In this document: in pieces, positions 23,195 to 36,668 of the stretch
Numbering within the stretch: the stretch's first letter is position 1
Layout of the letters: every line of letters starts with the position of its first letter
DNA from: Tubiluchus corallicola
Taxonomy: Eukaryota; Animalia; Priapulida
DNA: 64,000 nt
NCBI GenBank assembly: GCA_030141605.1
Contig: JAQGDQ010000086.1
Coordinates: 243,418-307,417, forward strand
Direction of reading: 5' to 3'
Translations under genes and position numbers: made by a program
The notes under the pieces: generated by a model
What the model saw: only the letters and a program-made list of their open reading frames with translations
What the model was told of the DNA's origin: nothing
The model's database searches: none

Positions 23195-24145
23195 CGTCCT
23201 TCCCTTTAAATTTTCTTACCACTAATGTTAATTTTACCATCGCAGTCAGCTGCTGGATACGTTTTTCCAAGGCCACGAAGTAAATAAAATATGCGTGAGT
23301 AAATTTGAGATAGACGTGAGAATTCAACCACCTGGTGATGTTGCTGATGTCTAGTTTTTCGACAGCTAGTCAGCCAGTATTTAAAATAAACCCTTTGGAG
23401 AATTTCCCCTGGTCTGCAGAGTAGTCCACTTTCTAAAATGTAAGGACCCCAAAATGCGCTAGTACACGAATTCTATTATTTCTGTAAAAGAAAGGCCGAT
23501 CTTATAGTTCATACTAATTCTCTGTTGCTGTTGTTTATTTTGAATTAATTGACGAGGTTCTTAAGCACAGCACAATGATAGATCTCACAGTTGGGCCTGC
23601 AACTGCAAGATCCAGTCAGGTATTTTTAACTGGTTAATTGGTGTTTCTGACTAGCTTTTGGGTTTGTTTCCACTGTAACGGTAAAATATTAATATTAATT
23701 ATTGATTAATTATTGATCTTCTATGCACATGCTTTGCGACTGTAAACTCTTTCGCTTTTGAGTCGATGAGGCTTCGCGTATATTGATACTTCACAACAAA
23801 TATGATATCAAGTGGTTATTGAACTTCTCATAATGACGGCTATATTGAACTGCACCCGCGGCCAAAATTTATGTTTCTTTGTAGTCTAACATAAAATATC
23901 CCTGTGCAACACTGTTCTGCCCCATGATATAAAATTTTAGCAAAATATATATCGACTTTAAAGTTAAATAATGATAGCTGATGTAATAACAGTGTTTTAA
24001 AGAACCAATTGAATTAAAGGATAGATTCAAACACGACGAATGGAAGGAATCAATCAAGGGAACACTGATCAAATAAAACATCGGGTAGAGTGATTTAATG
24101 AGTTTCAGACGCAAATGAATCGAGTTTTTAATGGGTCAAGGATCA

Positions 24146-24727
24146 AATGATCAATGAATTCGAGAAACATAACAGCAGACTTCTCATGATTCACACAAAC
24201 ACAATAACAAAAATGTTTGAAAATGGAAGATTTGTTATTTAAAAATTTATTAAAACATTTTATAACTCCACGTCAATACAATTCTTCATTTTAGGTTTTT
24301 TAGTCTTTCTTGTGGTTGGCTCATAGTAACAATAATATATCTTGATATCACCCTTTTCATTTAATTCCATCTGAGGCACATTTCTCCAGTACGTGCTTGT
24401 ATTTATGGACTCTTCACAATCTCATTTGAACCGTTCGACTGAATCACGCACGCCCAATACCTACAAAGAGAATACCAAATAATTATGTCAACAATAAAAA
24501 AAACATGCTCACTGTTGTATTGTTAGTGTTGTAGTCGTGTCTGTTAAGGTCGAATTTTGACGAAATGGTTCTGCACTTTTGTCCTTTGGAGGTTTTAAAC
24601 GTTCACAGATAGCCACTTGGGTACTTTTCGCAGGCACGAGTAGTAAGTTACCTGAGCTTTCTTCTGGTGGTACGATTAGTGGAACACATATGTGGTAATA
24701 GCACCCAAGTTTCTATCCGTGAACGTT
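24146..24727 (-). pseudogene. Duplicated, disabled copy of the ApeC gene B terminal exon with 3' UTR and intron flank
   Basis: Closely matches 31447-31993. The exon starts at 24460 and reads VLGVRDSVERFK*DCEE (W>R and W>TGA relative to gene B). I found no matching upstream exons nearby. Confidence 0.9.
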
Positions 24728-25176
24728 GTATCTGTAATGCATGTAAAGCAATAAGTCTAGAGTTTGATTTGACAATTTGTCTGCTATGCTACTTTTATTG
24801 ATAGCAGTCGCAGACAAATTAAAGTTACCTAAGTTTATAAAAATGCTGTTGAGAGCATTTCCAATGTCTTTTAGGGTTGTTATTACAGTACTATTAACTA
24901 GACTCTCTTTTATATTCGATTGATAATTTTCAAGCTATTTAGAACATTTTTAATGATATTCCATTTGTGTTTGGCTGATTATGCATTATTATACTGTTCT
25001 AAAACATCTATTTTTCAAACGACGATTGAGATTATTAAATTTATTTCGAGCTGTCTTGTAATTTTCATAATTGGGTTTACTTTTCAACTTTTCCCATGTT
25101 TTATATAAATCGTTTTTAGCTTTTCTAATTTTGCATTACTACACGCGCTCAGAGATTTTTGTCTATAATTAATTAA

Positions 25177-25580
25177 CGTTCTAGCGGCGCCCGGTGGGAC
25201 TCACGGAAGGAGATATACGGCTCATCAGAAAGAGGAAGAACAGGGCTACACGATGGTGTGGGCTATATTTTAGGGCAGGTCCACCGAGAGGAGTACTGGC
25301 GAGTTAATTAGATGTTCTATTTTCGGCGATTTTCGCTTAGAAAACTGTTGTGACGAATTCCATTGTGCTGACGTCATCCATTATTGCTTATAGCTTTAAT
25401 TCAGCAAAAAGCTGCTTTGCGTTAGTTAAACATACAGTAGGCACGAGTACAGGTTTTGCGTTAGGTAAGTAGGCAGGATGTTACGGGCTTTGCGTTATAC
25501 ATGAGGACTGTGTAGGATGTTCGCGTGTTATTGATTATACGTGGTTTTTTACGCAAAATCTTTTGCGGGGCCTTTGCTAG
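25177..25580. mobile_element. Possible non-autonomous Helitron-like insertion
   Basis: GC-richer island from ctagcggcgcccg to gcggggcctttgctag, flanked on both sides by taattaatta. Confidence 0.35.
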
Positions 25581-25699
25581 TAATTAATTATTCCAGATTT
25601 TGTTTTGATAGTTTTGTAAGGAGCGTGTAGGTTCAGACAGTATTCTATATTGTTTAGTAAGATTTCGACTTGCTTGAGCAATATGTGTTTTTAAAGTTC

Positions 25700-26060
25700 A
25701 TTTTACTTAAATCTCTTACAAAGGAGTCCTTGTTATAGTGGCTATAGTCTCTGATGGTGTGCCATTTAGGCTCCAAGTTAAGATCTGCAAACGGGTAATA
25801 TCTACTATTATAGTGAAGTTGTGGTCTGAATAATTACAAGAGAAGCTGTCTTCAGATATGAAATTATTGCAGTTAGCATTTGAGATGAAGTGGTGGATTA
25901 TAGTTTTGGTATTTTTCCTTATTCTTGTTGATTTACAATTCTTTAGTATTTTTAAATTGTATTTAGCCAATAGGTCTTTGTAATTTTTACATGTCGATGT
26001 TGAGGTTTTCCATTATTAAAACTTGTTTATTTCCATATATTGCTCGTTCTACTTCTAATT
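25700..26060 (-). mobile_element. Decayed LINE AP-endonuclease fragment
   Basis: Minus-strand peptides KQVLIMENLNIDM (~GDFNID) and TRIRKNTKTIIHHFISN...SDHNFTI (~PTR..T.IDH..SDH), the C-terminal motifs of non-LTR retroelement endonucleases. Confidence 0.6.
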
Positions 26061-27510
26061 CAAAATTACACTCTTACCTATAGCGTTTGGAAAGTTTGCT
26101 TGCAAACGTATTACTTGTACGTGGGCTCCTTAAGAATTTTGGTTATGACTATAATGACTAAAGTAGGCAACAATTTCAAACAAATTCTGATTTTTCAAAC
26201 GGATTCTATTTTCCATAATTTCCATTATTCGCAGAAAGTGAGAATGATCGTCTTGGCGAACATCCATAATTTGCTGTACGTGGCTAAAAACTGCAAGATT
26301 ATTCTTACGCCTGAATTCGAATAAAGCCACTGTCATAAATACATTTTTTTGTTCTGCCACATTGCATTTACATTTGTTTCGCTTCATAGATGAAATGCTT
26401 GTCAGCTTCATTGATTTTTAGTTTTTGTAGTTACTGTGGCTCGTACCGGGATAAGATTAATAATTAAGTTTAGAACTGAAGGATGTTTGAAATGAGCTTA
26501 TACTCGGCTCTTTGCATGCCCTATCTGCATTTTTGTCTGTAGTTTTATCCTGCTTTCAAATTTCATACGTGTTTGCAAATACCATTTTAATCAAGATTAC
26601 GTAATAAATTAACTGCATCAATAAATAAATAAACTTGTGCTGTCATGTCAATAGTTGTTGAAGACCAAGTAAAGAGAGATGTCGTGCTGAATGTGTATGA
26701 CTATAACATGCAGCCATGTCGTGTTTGTAATTTACTATCTAGTTCCATCATGATCTAGCGCAAAGAGGGCGCAAAAACAGGATACATGATTGAAATTGTC
26801 AAAGTACACAAAAAAGTTACTCAATGCTGTTTGATATTCTTAGGTGTAAATAGCTCGTGTTTAAGTGACACAAAATTTACAAACCACAGTTCTATATGTT
26901 TTTCTTTCTGCATGTCGAAAATAATGTCACCCATTTGTAAGTTTGTAGTTTGTAGAAACTGCGAATTATATAAAGGGCTTGGCAGTTATCAGGGCGATCG
27001 TTCAAGACTCTAAGAAGCAATGAAAAATAAAAAAGACGATGAATACTTTTTTCTTAATTTAATTTGTATTTAAATTAATGAAATTGATTTTTACGAGTGA
27101 AAATTTTGCATCAATGTACGCAAAATTGCGGAGTACAAATTTTTTTAGTGGGCATTACATTTCCTTTTCTAAAACAAATCGCCAAAGCAGAACAAATACG
27201 GAAAAGTTCATTGAATATCAAAAATAAAATTTAAGTATTATTTTTTATTAGTCCTTTGAATTTTTCTATACTAACAATTATCAACAATGTGGCGTTAACA
27301 ATGCTACGTTGTTAATTACCGCATTACAGAGGTTTGGTGTCTTACCAACAATATTATCATCAAGGGCAAATAAGCCGCAAAATTAATTACCATTAAATAA
27401 ATGATTTGATTGCCCCCAACAATTAAACAATTTTACAACAAGGCCAAGGGCTGCGGAGGAAGACAAAGAGGAGGAAAACAGTCTTCTTCTCCCTTTTCCT
27501 GCTCCTCTTC

Positions 27511-27586
27511 CTACGAAGTTCCCACAACCTCTTCCTCTTCTTCTTCCTCTTCCTCTTCCTCTTCCTCTTCTTCTTCCTCTTCCTCT

Positions 27587-27621
<35 letters not shown>

Positions 27622-28500
27622 TTCCTCTTCCTCTTCTTCTTGCACGTCGCAAAGAGATCCAATGTAGCCATCGACGCATCGGCAAATAACTTCGCCTACA
27701 CCATCGTCATCATCAAAACAGCAATCTCCTTTCAAGCATTGACACTCGCAGCCGTCATCCGTCAGTTCCACTTGACCAGAATCTGCCATGCAGGTACAAG
27801 ATCCATCATCCCTCATCAAGGCTGGGAACTGACAAATACACGTTCCATCAGTAGCCGTGTCCCAAGGTGCATCTGGGCATCGACATCCATAACCGTCCGT
27901 TTCTGCTATCATCGGTGGAGGACAAACACAATACTCTCCGTCAAACACCATCCCACCTGGGCAAGGAGGAATCACTCCATACGCATGCGTAAACCCGCTG
28001 TACAACTCTCTAACGGTTGAACATGTTTCCGGTTCGTTTGATGCTCGCCTGGAAGAAGAACACTTAAGGATATATCTTAGAAAATAATAGTGCTTCCGTG
28101 TCCACGGAAACTCGATAGAGATGATAGTACTATACTGAGTACCAGATGGTTTCTTGCGTGATCTGACCATGCAGTCGTTGAAGTCAATAACAAAATAAAC
28201 GGTGCGTTTACCATTTCCGTAAACTGTGCACGTTTTGTAACCGCCTTTGTAGTCCAATGCAGTGTTGATAGTCCCAAAAAATGGCTTCCTGAATATTATT
28301 CTGGCAACCATAAAGTCGCACCCGTCATAACACCGAACTCTGATGCGTCTAATTGCGGGCCTGTCGTCGCCGAATATTCTTCTCACACTTCCTTTGTACT
28401 CAATATCCTCAGCAACGGGAGCGTAACACATCATAATAAAGCAGTGCAAGCACAATAAAATGCTGCAGAATGTGGCAATCCAACTATTGCGCAGACTCAT
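27511..28500 (-). CDS. Secreted ZP-N-like + Cys-rich/EGF-like protein with a 37-Glu tail (329 aa), uninterrupted CDS
   Basis: ATG at 28500 follows an acceptor-like tattttacgtag; hydrophobic N-terminus. VRC..FMVARIIFRKPFFGTI..CTVYGNG..IDFNDC..YSTIISIEF..YILKC fits the ZP-N/cuticlin pattern. CxC repeats end in EGF-like CRCVDGYIGSLCD. Poly-Glu at 27529-27639. Confidence 0.8.
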
Positions 28501-31059
28501 GCTACGTAAAATACCAAATGGCAACAACGACTTACAAAACCACCACCACCACCACCTACTTGACTAAAATCTTGTCATATCTGTATATGCTCGTTTACCA
28601 TGCATGAGAAAACATGCAGTATCCTTGGCTTCTGTCCTTGTTGATTTTGAAACGAGTGTACAAATGAATAAATGCGCTGTATAAGTTCCTTTGACCACAT
28701 GCGTGTATATTAACCAACTGTCTACATGACAAAGTACAGAACAAAATAGGAAGGAATTTTTCCTCCAGTTCTCTAAACCACGATTTTTTATAGTACCATT
28801 TCGGTACCACTTTGACTCAAGGCTATGTGAGAAGTCAAGAATATGAACAGAAAGCGAACATGAAAATATTCTGGAAAAAATAAAATACCAATTGATAAAA
28901 TGGGCGATTACTGCGTTATTATTCAATACGGGATATTAATGGTTTCAGCCTCCCTGTACGATATAGCAATTTTTATTGCGATTTCTTATTATGGTAATTT
29001 AGTTAATGCACCTTTATGCGCAGGTTGTGCAGGTGTTCTTGGTGAAAAACTCAACAAATTGTTTGTCAACGTGAAATGTTTTATTATTGGGAGAGAATTT
29101 TATTAAATAGCCAAAGTGTAATTAATAAAGCAAGGAATGTTAATGTCAGGAGATAAGCTGCGCTGGATTTGGTAAACAAGTAGATAAGTAACTTCAGGGA
29201 GATCGTTTATTGGTGGTTTCACCTATCATCATCCTCAGGCTATTTCTTTCATCGCGTGAACGCATACCTTTGTCAATAATGAACAAAGTTTCCGTCCTGC
29301 CACAATTACCAACATCATTGGTGCTGGATTCTGCCCTCAGTCTGCCAAACTGTATAGAAAGGCTCATATAGTACTTGTTTTCCAACGTATGGTTTACTTT
29401 ACTTAAAGTAAAAACTGGACCCAATCTTAAACTATACACTAGTACGCTCAAAACAATCGACCCTGTAAAATATTGAAAGGGAACATACTATTTTTTCAAG
29501 AATGACTTATGTAAAAGAATTATTATTATAAAAATGTAATTTCGCTTTCACTATATATATATATATATATATAGTTAGGTAGGCACTACTAGCATATGCA
29601 TCTTGGAAACGCATTTTACAAAAAAGAAGTGCTGTACCTCTCACTTCACGGTTGTTTAGTTTGTGATGTAGTACAGACCTCAGGCGTGAACACAGCGAAA
29701 AAGTTGAAATTTAAATTCAAAACTTAAAATTTGCCGAATTTCTGTATACATAACACTGAATGTTGTACAGTACAATTGTACCTCAATTTTTCGCTTTTGT
29801 AAACACGTGCAACACACTCGCATAATGTTTTTGCTGTTGAAAATTATTTTCAATTGTGGTGACATTGCTAGTTGGGCTCGCCCGCTATTAATTAAGTTTT
29901 TAACCTATTATTTATTTATCAGAAACGCCTGGTTTTATTATAAGCATTAAAATGTGTACTTTTTACCATACTTCATAATGGGGCAGGATGTAAAAGGTCT
30001 TCCTGTTTTCCTTTAAGTCTCGGAAATATTATAACACTCAAAAAGGATATTAGCATTGTTTAACAGTCATAGCAATTCGCCTCGAATTTGCATCTTCTCG
30101 CCTAAGAACTAACAGATTTACTATGATGGCTCAAACTGATAGTTTACAGACTGCAACTGTTTTTTTTGCAAATTTGCAAAATCGTTGCGTTGGTCTAGGT
30201 TTTTGCAGCCATTTAAAAAACAGAACAACGAACTGGAGAACAAAATAACAAATTTAATGTTTACCAAACAATATGAATGGGCCAGTTGATGGTTTTTATT
30301 CAAGTGCAAGTATTTAGAGCACCAATTACGCAAGGCCTCATCAAACACAATTAATGCAAATTATAACATGGAATTCTGGGATTCAAAATTTAACGTTTAT
30401 CCCATCTAGGTAAATTTTTATTTTGGTAAGTAAAAATATTGAGTCCATTAGTGGACATTTTAAAATCCTTGGTCGAATTGCAGGAATGATTCCTGACAAT
30501 CTCATTAGCAGTTGTTGCTGTTTCGATATTCCTGTAAAATAATGGGGACCTCTTGAAACACCCGATATTTTATTATGGTATTTTTCAATGTTATATATAA
30601 GCATATGTTGAGAATATATGGGAACCTTTAATAGGTGACCATTAATTGTATGGGGATCCAATTGTTAATCTATCTCGGCAATTATCTTATAAGCCAACCA
30701 AAATAGCGTTATGTTCTACGTGGTCGTATATATGTAAAAAGTTTCTAATAATTTCACAAGAGGCAACATTTTCTAAAATTAGACTGTATAAAGAAAGCAA
30801 GAAAAACTGATTGACATTTTTGCAGAAACTGAAGATTTTGCAACAATAGCTATAAAATTGAGCCTTTAAAATGAAGAGATGACAGTTTTCTTGAAAGTGC
30901 TTAATGAATTCACCTTGCTTGAATACATGGGAAGTGCATTTCACAATGAATCCTCAGCATTTAACTATTATACAACAAGCTACTTTTGGTAGACCCTGGA
31001 AGGCATTTGTTTCATGGACCACCATTTTGCCCCCTAATGGGGCCACAGGCTACCGTTCA

Positions 31060-31330
31060 CACTGTAACCTATACCATTCGATTCGCCTTATCGAGACGTT
31101 TCATTTGGCGTGCTACATGGTACTATTCGTAGACACTCGATGCATTTCTATTCCCAACCCCAATTTTTCGGTTTTTCCCCCTAGCAGGGTCGCGGGTTAG
31201 CTATTCTCGTTGTAACCTATGCCATTCGACCCGCCTCATCGAGACCTTCCATTTGATGTCGTACAATGCACCATTGCTCGGTGCACGTCAGTTCCCAACA
31301 TCCATTTTTTGGTTTTTGCCCCCTAGTGGA
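31060..31330. repeat. About 148-bp internal duplication within a probable non-autonomous element
   Basis: gtaacctat(a/g)ccattcga..cgcct.atcgagac.tt.catttg occurs at about 31064 and 31212, each followed by ggttttt.cccctag. Confidence 0.6.
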
Positions 31331-31591
31331 AAATTTTGCTAGGTACGCACATCCTATATTTTGTGACGTGAAAGGCCACGACGCCACCTAGCAACATACA
31401 GAATATTATGTCCCTAGCTCAAAAACTAAGGGAGCAGATGGTTTTTAATGATCAATGAATTAGAGAAATATAGCAGCAAACTTCTCATGATTCACACAAA
31501 CACAACAACAAAAATGTTTGAAAATGGAAGATTTGCTATTTGAAAATTTATTGAAACATTTTATAACTCCACGTCAATACAATTCTTCATT

Positions 31592-34500
31592 TTAGGCGCC
31601 AGGTTTTTTAGTATTTCTTGTGGTCGGCTCATAGTAACAATAATATATCTTGATATCACCCTTTTCATTTAGTTCCATCTGAGGCACACTTCCCCAGTAC
31701 GTGCTTGTATTTATTGAATCTTCACAGTCCCATTTGAACCATTCGACTGAATCACGCATGCCCAATACCTATAGAGAAAACACCAAATAATTATGTCAAC
31801 AATACAAAAACAGAATCTCTGTTGCGGTCCTGCACTTTGGCCCTTTGGAGGTTTTAAACGTTCACTGATAGACATTAGGTACAATTTGCAGGGACGAATA
31901 GCAAGTTATATCTGAGCCTTCTTCTGGTGGTACGATTAGTGACCTTGGAATACACAAGTGGCAATAGCACCCAAGTGTCTATCTGTGAACGTTTTGAAGT
32001 TATGAGCCTCCAATGTGCAGGAAAATTTCTCGACCTTTTAGTGTTCCGAAGCAGCGGGCCAAAATAAAAATGTCCAAAACGCTGTTAAAATAGCCTAAAG
32101 AATCATTCCTGAAAGTTTGGCAGCTGTATTCAGTCAGTACCCTTTTTGGCTAAGAGACTGGACTAGTGGAGGGTTACATTTGCCTTCATTTTGTCTGTAT
32201 TTTAACATCATTAATGGCTGTTCATCATGATACACCAAGATTGATATAATTTTTATTAATTATGTCGTCCTTTAACGTTGTCCTTGTCACTGCAGTGGTT
32301 TGACCAATAAACATCAAAGAAGATTAAGAATGTGATAAAAATGTTTGTTTGAATTCTTGCCTTTTGGGACCATTTATAGCAAAGTTCCTTCACGTATTCG
32401 TTCCGTGTATTCGTAGCGCATAGAACTTTGTCATATTTTATTGCATGACCACTACCTTATGTTTACCCAATCTTCATTTTTACTGTTCCCGCCATCGTCG
32501 TTCTCATCGTCACCATCTTGGTCGTTTTTTATGAAGCTGTTCATGTGTTAGTTTGTAGAAATTTCATCTACTGCACGTTTTGCCATTGTATTTCAAATTG
32601 TTTGTTCAGTAAATCAATTACGTCTACTAGTACTCGTTGCCACTACCAAAATTAAAACGCTTTATTTCTTTTCCACTTCTAATTAAAAAAATTAATAAAA
32701 ATTTTATGATTCAAGATGTGTACTACCTAACGTGAAAAACCTGCAAATATTCATGTTCTAGAAAAAAGTACGTAATTGGTATTGCCAATTTGCTAACTCT
32801 TACTCTTTGGCAGTTAGACTTATATTTGAACATGTAGAAAGGCTTGTCGGCTGGTAGTCTCATAAATTTGTTGGCGTCTCCATCGTTCCGGCAGCAGTAC
32901 CACATTTGTGTGTTTATGTCATACTCTCCATGTGGTACACTTGGCATATACTGCAAAATAAAAACGTAACTTATAATCATAATGGCCTGATGTGACAACA
33001 AATTGGTGATCGTTCTAGCCAATAAGATTACAGGTTCCATTCAACAACTAAACATATTCTTCTTTTTTAATGTAGATGTACTTGCTTACCTACCAGTGTA
33101 TTCAGTGATGCTGAATTAAGTTACATTACATTGTGTAAGGCCACTGAGTGTAATGCTTGTAGGTTAATTAATCTTAATTAAAGGATGCTAATTTATTGAC
33201 AACAATTTATACTGCAAATCACCGCATTACAGAGTAATGAAAGAGCAAGCATAATGCAAAATCTGTTTGCAAGAACTTGACTGACTGGCAGAATTGTTCG
33301 CGTGTGGGCTAATTAACGCTGTTTTGCCAACGGCGTTAAATACTACGTAGCGCGCACACCAGAGCAGACGAGACAGAAAATTAAATACGTCTAATGAAAA
33401 TATTTGTGACAAAGTTGATAAAGCTGCGTTTATCGAGTTCCCTGACGAGCAAAAATCTGTTCCAGACAGATTTGGCATTGTGTGCGCCCTGTAAAATGTG
33501 CTGAATTTTCTGTCTCAGACAAGCTCCTAATACTCCCGTGTGCAGGTTAGATACAAGGCCGCATCAGACAAAACTAGACCAGATCCCTAAAAGCAATTAT
33601 TTTGTTACACGTGAATAGCTCGCGTCATACAAAAATTGCCATATGCAGGCAAATTTTGTCTGACACGGTTTGCCTGCGATAGTTTGTGGCAAAAAAGCAA
33701 GTTTTTCACAATGTGCTAGTAGTAGTATTACAATTAAGTGGTTTAGTACAATGAAATGATGCAAAAAAGAAATAAAAAATCCACAACGCAACTTGAGTTC
33801 AAGTTTTTAAATTTGTACCATTGCTGCATAGTTAAACATGAACACAGCTCTGTACTCACAGCGTTAGCGTTGAACGCGTCTTCATCGTCCCAGAAAATCC
33901 AGCCCTGTTCAAAGCCTACAGGACATGCTTGGTGATACGCCCTGTACAAGCAATAGTCTCCTGCTGGCCACAAATCTGGACTATCACTGCCTCCGCTGAC
34001 ATCTTCCTTCATGCAAAAATGGTGCTCCATATTCTGGTCCCTGCAGATGGTTTTTTAATGAAAACTGAGAGTGTTAAGTGGTGCTAACCAGACATCTGGA
34101 GTGTGTGTGCGGAATAGATAAAATCGGTTTAAATTGTTTTCAATGCACCTGTTTATCAGACCTGCAGGTGGATAAGGCATAACGCATTCCAATGCATTCA
34201 TAACCAAATTAAAAGCATTTATGATGTCAAGATTTGAATATTCAGCTTACTAACATGATAACTTACACACTAATTCACCCCAGGTTATAGTAAACTACTT
34301 AATTTTGCTGATAGCCATTTTGTAAATATGTAAAATATATAAAGTTTAAGTTTAAAGTTCTATTTTACTTTTGCACCTGTAGTTCGGATTTTGCACTGTC
34401 GCATTCACCTCCAACAGTGTATGTTTTTTAACATTCACTGGCTGAGTATTTTGTTATGATTCCCAACATTATGATGGCCAATAAAGATGTTGCTTAGTTA

Positions 34501-36668
34501 CTGCAATTTATTCAACAAAATTGTCACATATGAGAAAGAATTTAAACAGTGTTTAGTATCTTGACTAATGATACTCCTGCAAGCTTTCCAGAATCTGAAA
34601 GAACACCTAAATTGTTTAATTGCTGCAACTTGTGTAAGTTATGTCGTTCTGTGTTTAATATTTTAAATGTTCCAATGTTCTCATGCGTCTAACACGCACT
34701 GCAGGTATTTTTTATTTGTTTAATATGGCTTCATAACTTGAGAAACACGTGAGAAGCTTTCATATAGGTTCTTTTTATAAACCTGTTAGCCAATCACTTA
34801 GTACCGTTATAAGATTTCAGCTGTTCACGTGTTGATGGATCTCTATGCTTTTTCTTGTTCAAGTTCAGTCAAGTTACTAGGGTTTTTTAAGTTTATTGTT
34901 TTTTAAACGACTGCTGAAATGTCAAATAAGAGGACAGTGATTTAAGTTTGATAGGATGTTAAACATTAAAGATGAATGTGTTTACATCATAAATGGATAA
35001 TATTGTGCGAACATAGCAACACTTACGAATAGCTTCCTTCAAAATGCAACGGGTTACTCCACTCATTCGATGGAAATACATCAGCAGTGTCATGAAATCT
35101 CCAGCCGCTGTTCCAGCCGCTGAAACCCTCGTTTGATGGACAACCAGACAGCGGCTTCGGTAGACCGTACGCTCCCTTTGGCCACTGCGCTGGGGTTGGT
35201 GTTACTTCCTGGGCAGCTGAAGAAGGAAATTACAGTGGTTTATTTATTGTGGCTGTATTAACTCTAGTGTTTTTTATTGTGGCTGTATTAAGTATTACCG
35301 GCTGTATTAAGTATCGCTTAAGCATTTATGAGTATCGCTCAAAACTACACCTATGGGAAATTAAATACATCAACACTACTATTGTAGTTATTAGTCCCAC
35401 ACGTTGATGTTCTTTTTTTGGATACACGCTGGAGACATCCCGAGAGTTACTGAGTAGTTGAAATCTGTGCGTCTTTATAAAACTAAAATTACATTACTCA
35501 ACTCAGTTTCATTAATAAAAAACAATCATGCTGATTTGTATGGTTTCACTTGGTTTTTGTACCGTAAACTGTGTATTTTGAACGGTAACCATTTAGTAAC
35601 TTTTACCATAAAGTAACCTTCACCTTTGCCATAATGCCAAAAACCTAAGTCTCGCATTATTATTACTATTTCTTTGTTTTGTATATAAACTATACGGCAA
35701 AAGTAAAATAATTTCTTTCTTTGAAACACCATTTATTGAGAATTAAGCTAGGAAACATTGAATACGTTTAAAATGTTCAATAAAGTGTAGACTTTACAAT
35801 CTACAATGTAAAATACACTAAAATCTGCCTAGTCACAGGAGAAATGCAGCAAACCTGAAATAGTGAAGTTTAAGCATAAGCTACCCTGACGAGTCGATAA
35901 TATTTCAATCTACAGTGAATTATTAGAAAAATTTGTTAGTTACATATAGGAAGGCAGAATTTCAAAATCATACCAAAATATCAGTTTTTTCCAAAATACT
36001 GGGCCACACATCAATTGCGAAACATTGTAGGTTAGAACCATAAGAAGTAAATGATTTCTATAGCAATGCCAAGACTATAATTATGAATGGTATCAAGAGT
36101 ATTAACACATTTACCAATATAAAATTCACGCCGCTTTTTGCTGCAACCCCATGACTATTTAGTAAACACTGAATAAATTTTCTTTTTAAATTTTGGCAAA
36201 TGTAGGAAAAAAAGAATGGATGACTATTATTTCTCCAAAAGCTACAATGTTATTATTGACTTCGCGGCGGAAAACATATTTTACAAACGTCCACCGAAAA
36301 TAAGAAAAGCCAACGAAGCAACTAACTTGGCCTTTTGGTCTGCAGAATGCTAAACGATAACTTGCCTATTATTTTACAAATTAGTTTAGTTGTAATAACA
36401 TTATAACAGGCTTATATTGGCAACAACGTTCAGCCTAATCTTTCCGCCATTCGCTTATTTCTGTAAACGTTTTCTTTAGGTATGCCATTAATAGCGGCTT
36501 CACAAGAATTTGGCTCTAATGCCTAAGAAACCTAAAGCGTCAGACTGGCTATGCCGTTTCTTTTTCCTTTTCCTCTTTTTTTTTGTAAAGACACGGCGCA
36601 TATAATTACATACCTGCAAAGAAAACAGCAACACCAGCAATTACAAACAAAATTTTCAAAGACTCCAT
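31592..36668 (-). CDS. Secreted apextrin-like (ApeC domain) protein B, 249 aa
   Basis: Exons 36668-36614 (MESLKILFVIAGVAVFFA), 35216-35027, 34040-33860, 32950-32804, 31768-31592; 750 nt. Same phases and motifs as gene A. TATAAA on the minus strand at about 36723-36728. Confidence 0.9.

Noticed and set aside
27383-27685. Protamine-like Arg-rich, Lys-rich and poly-Ser ORFs
   Set aside because: Alternate frames of the poly-Glu (GAR)n tract.
29194-30950. Several 60-90 aa minus-strand ORFs
   Set aside because: No coherent splice model. Possibly decayed transposase debris, but no motif I can assign with confidence.
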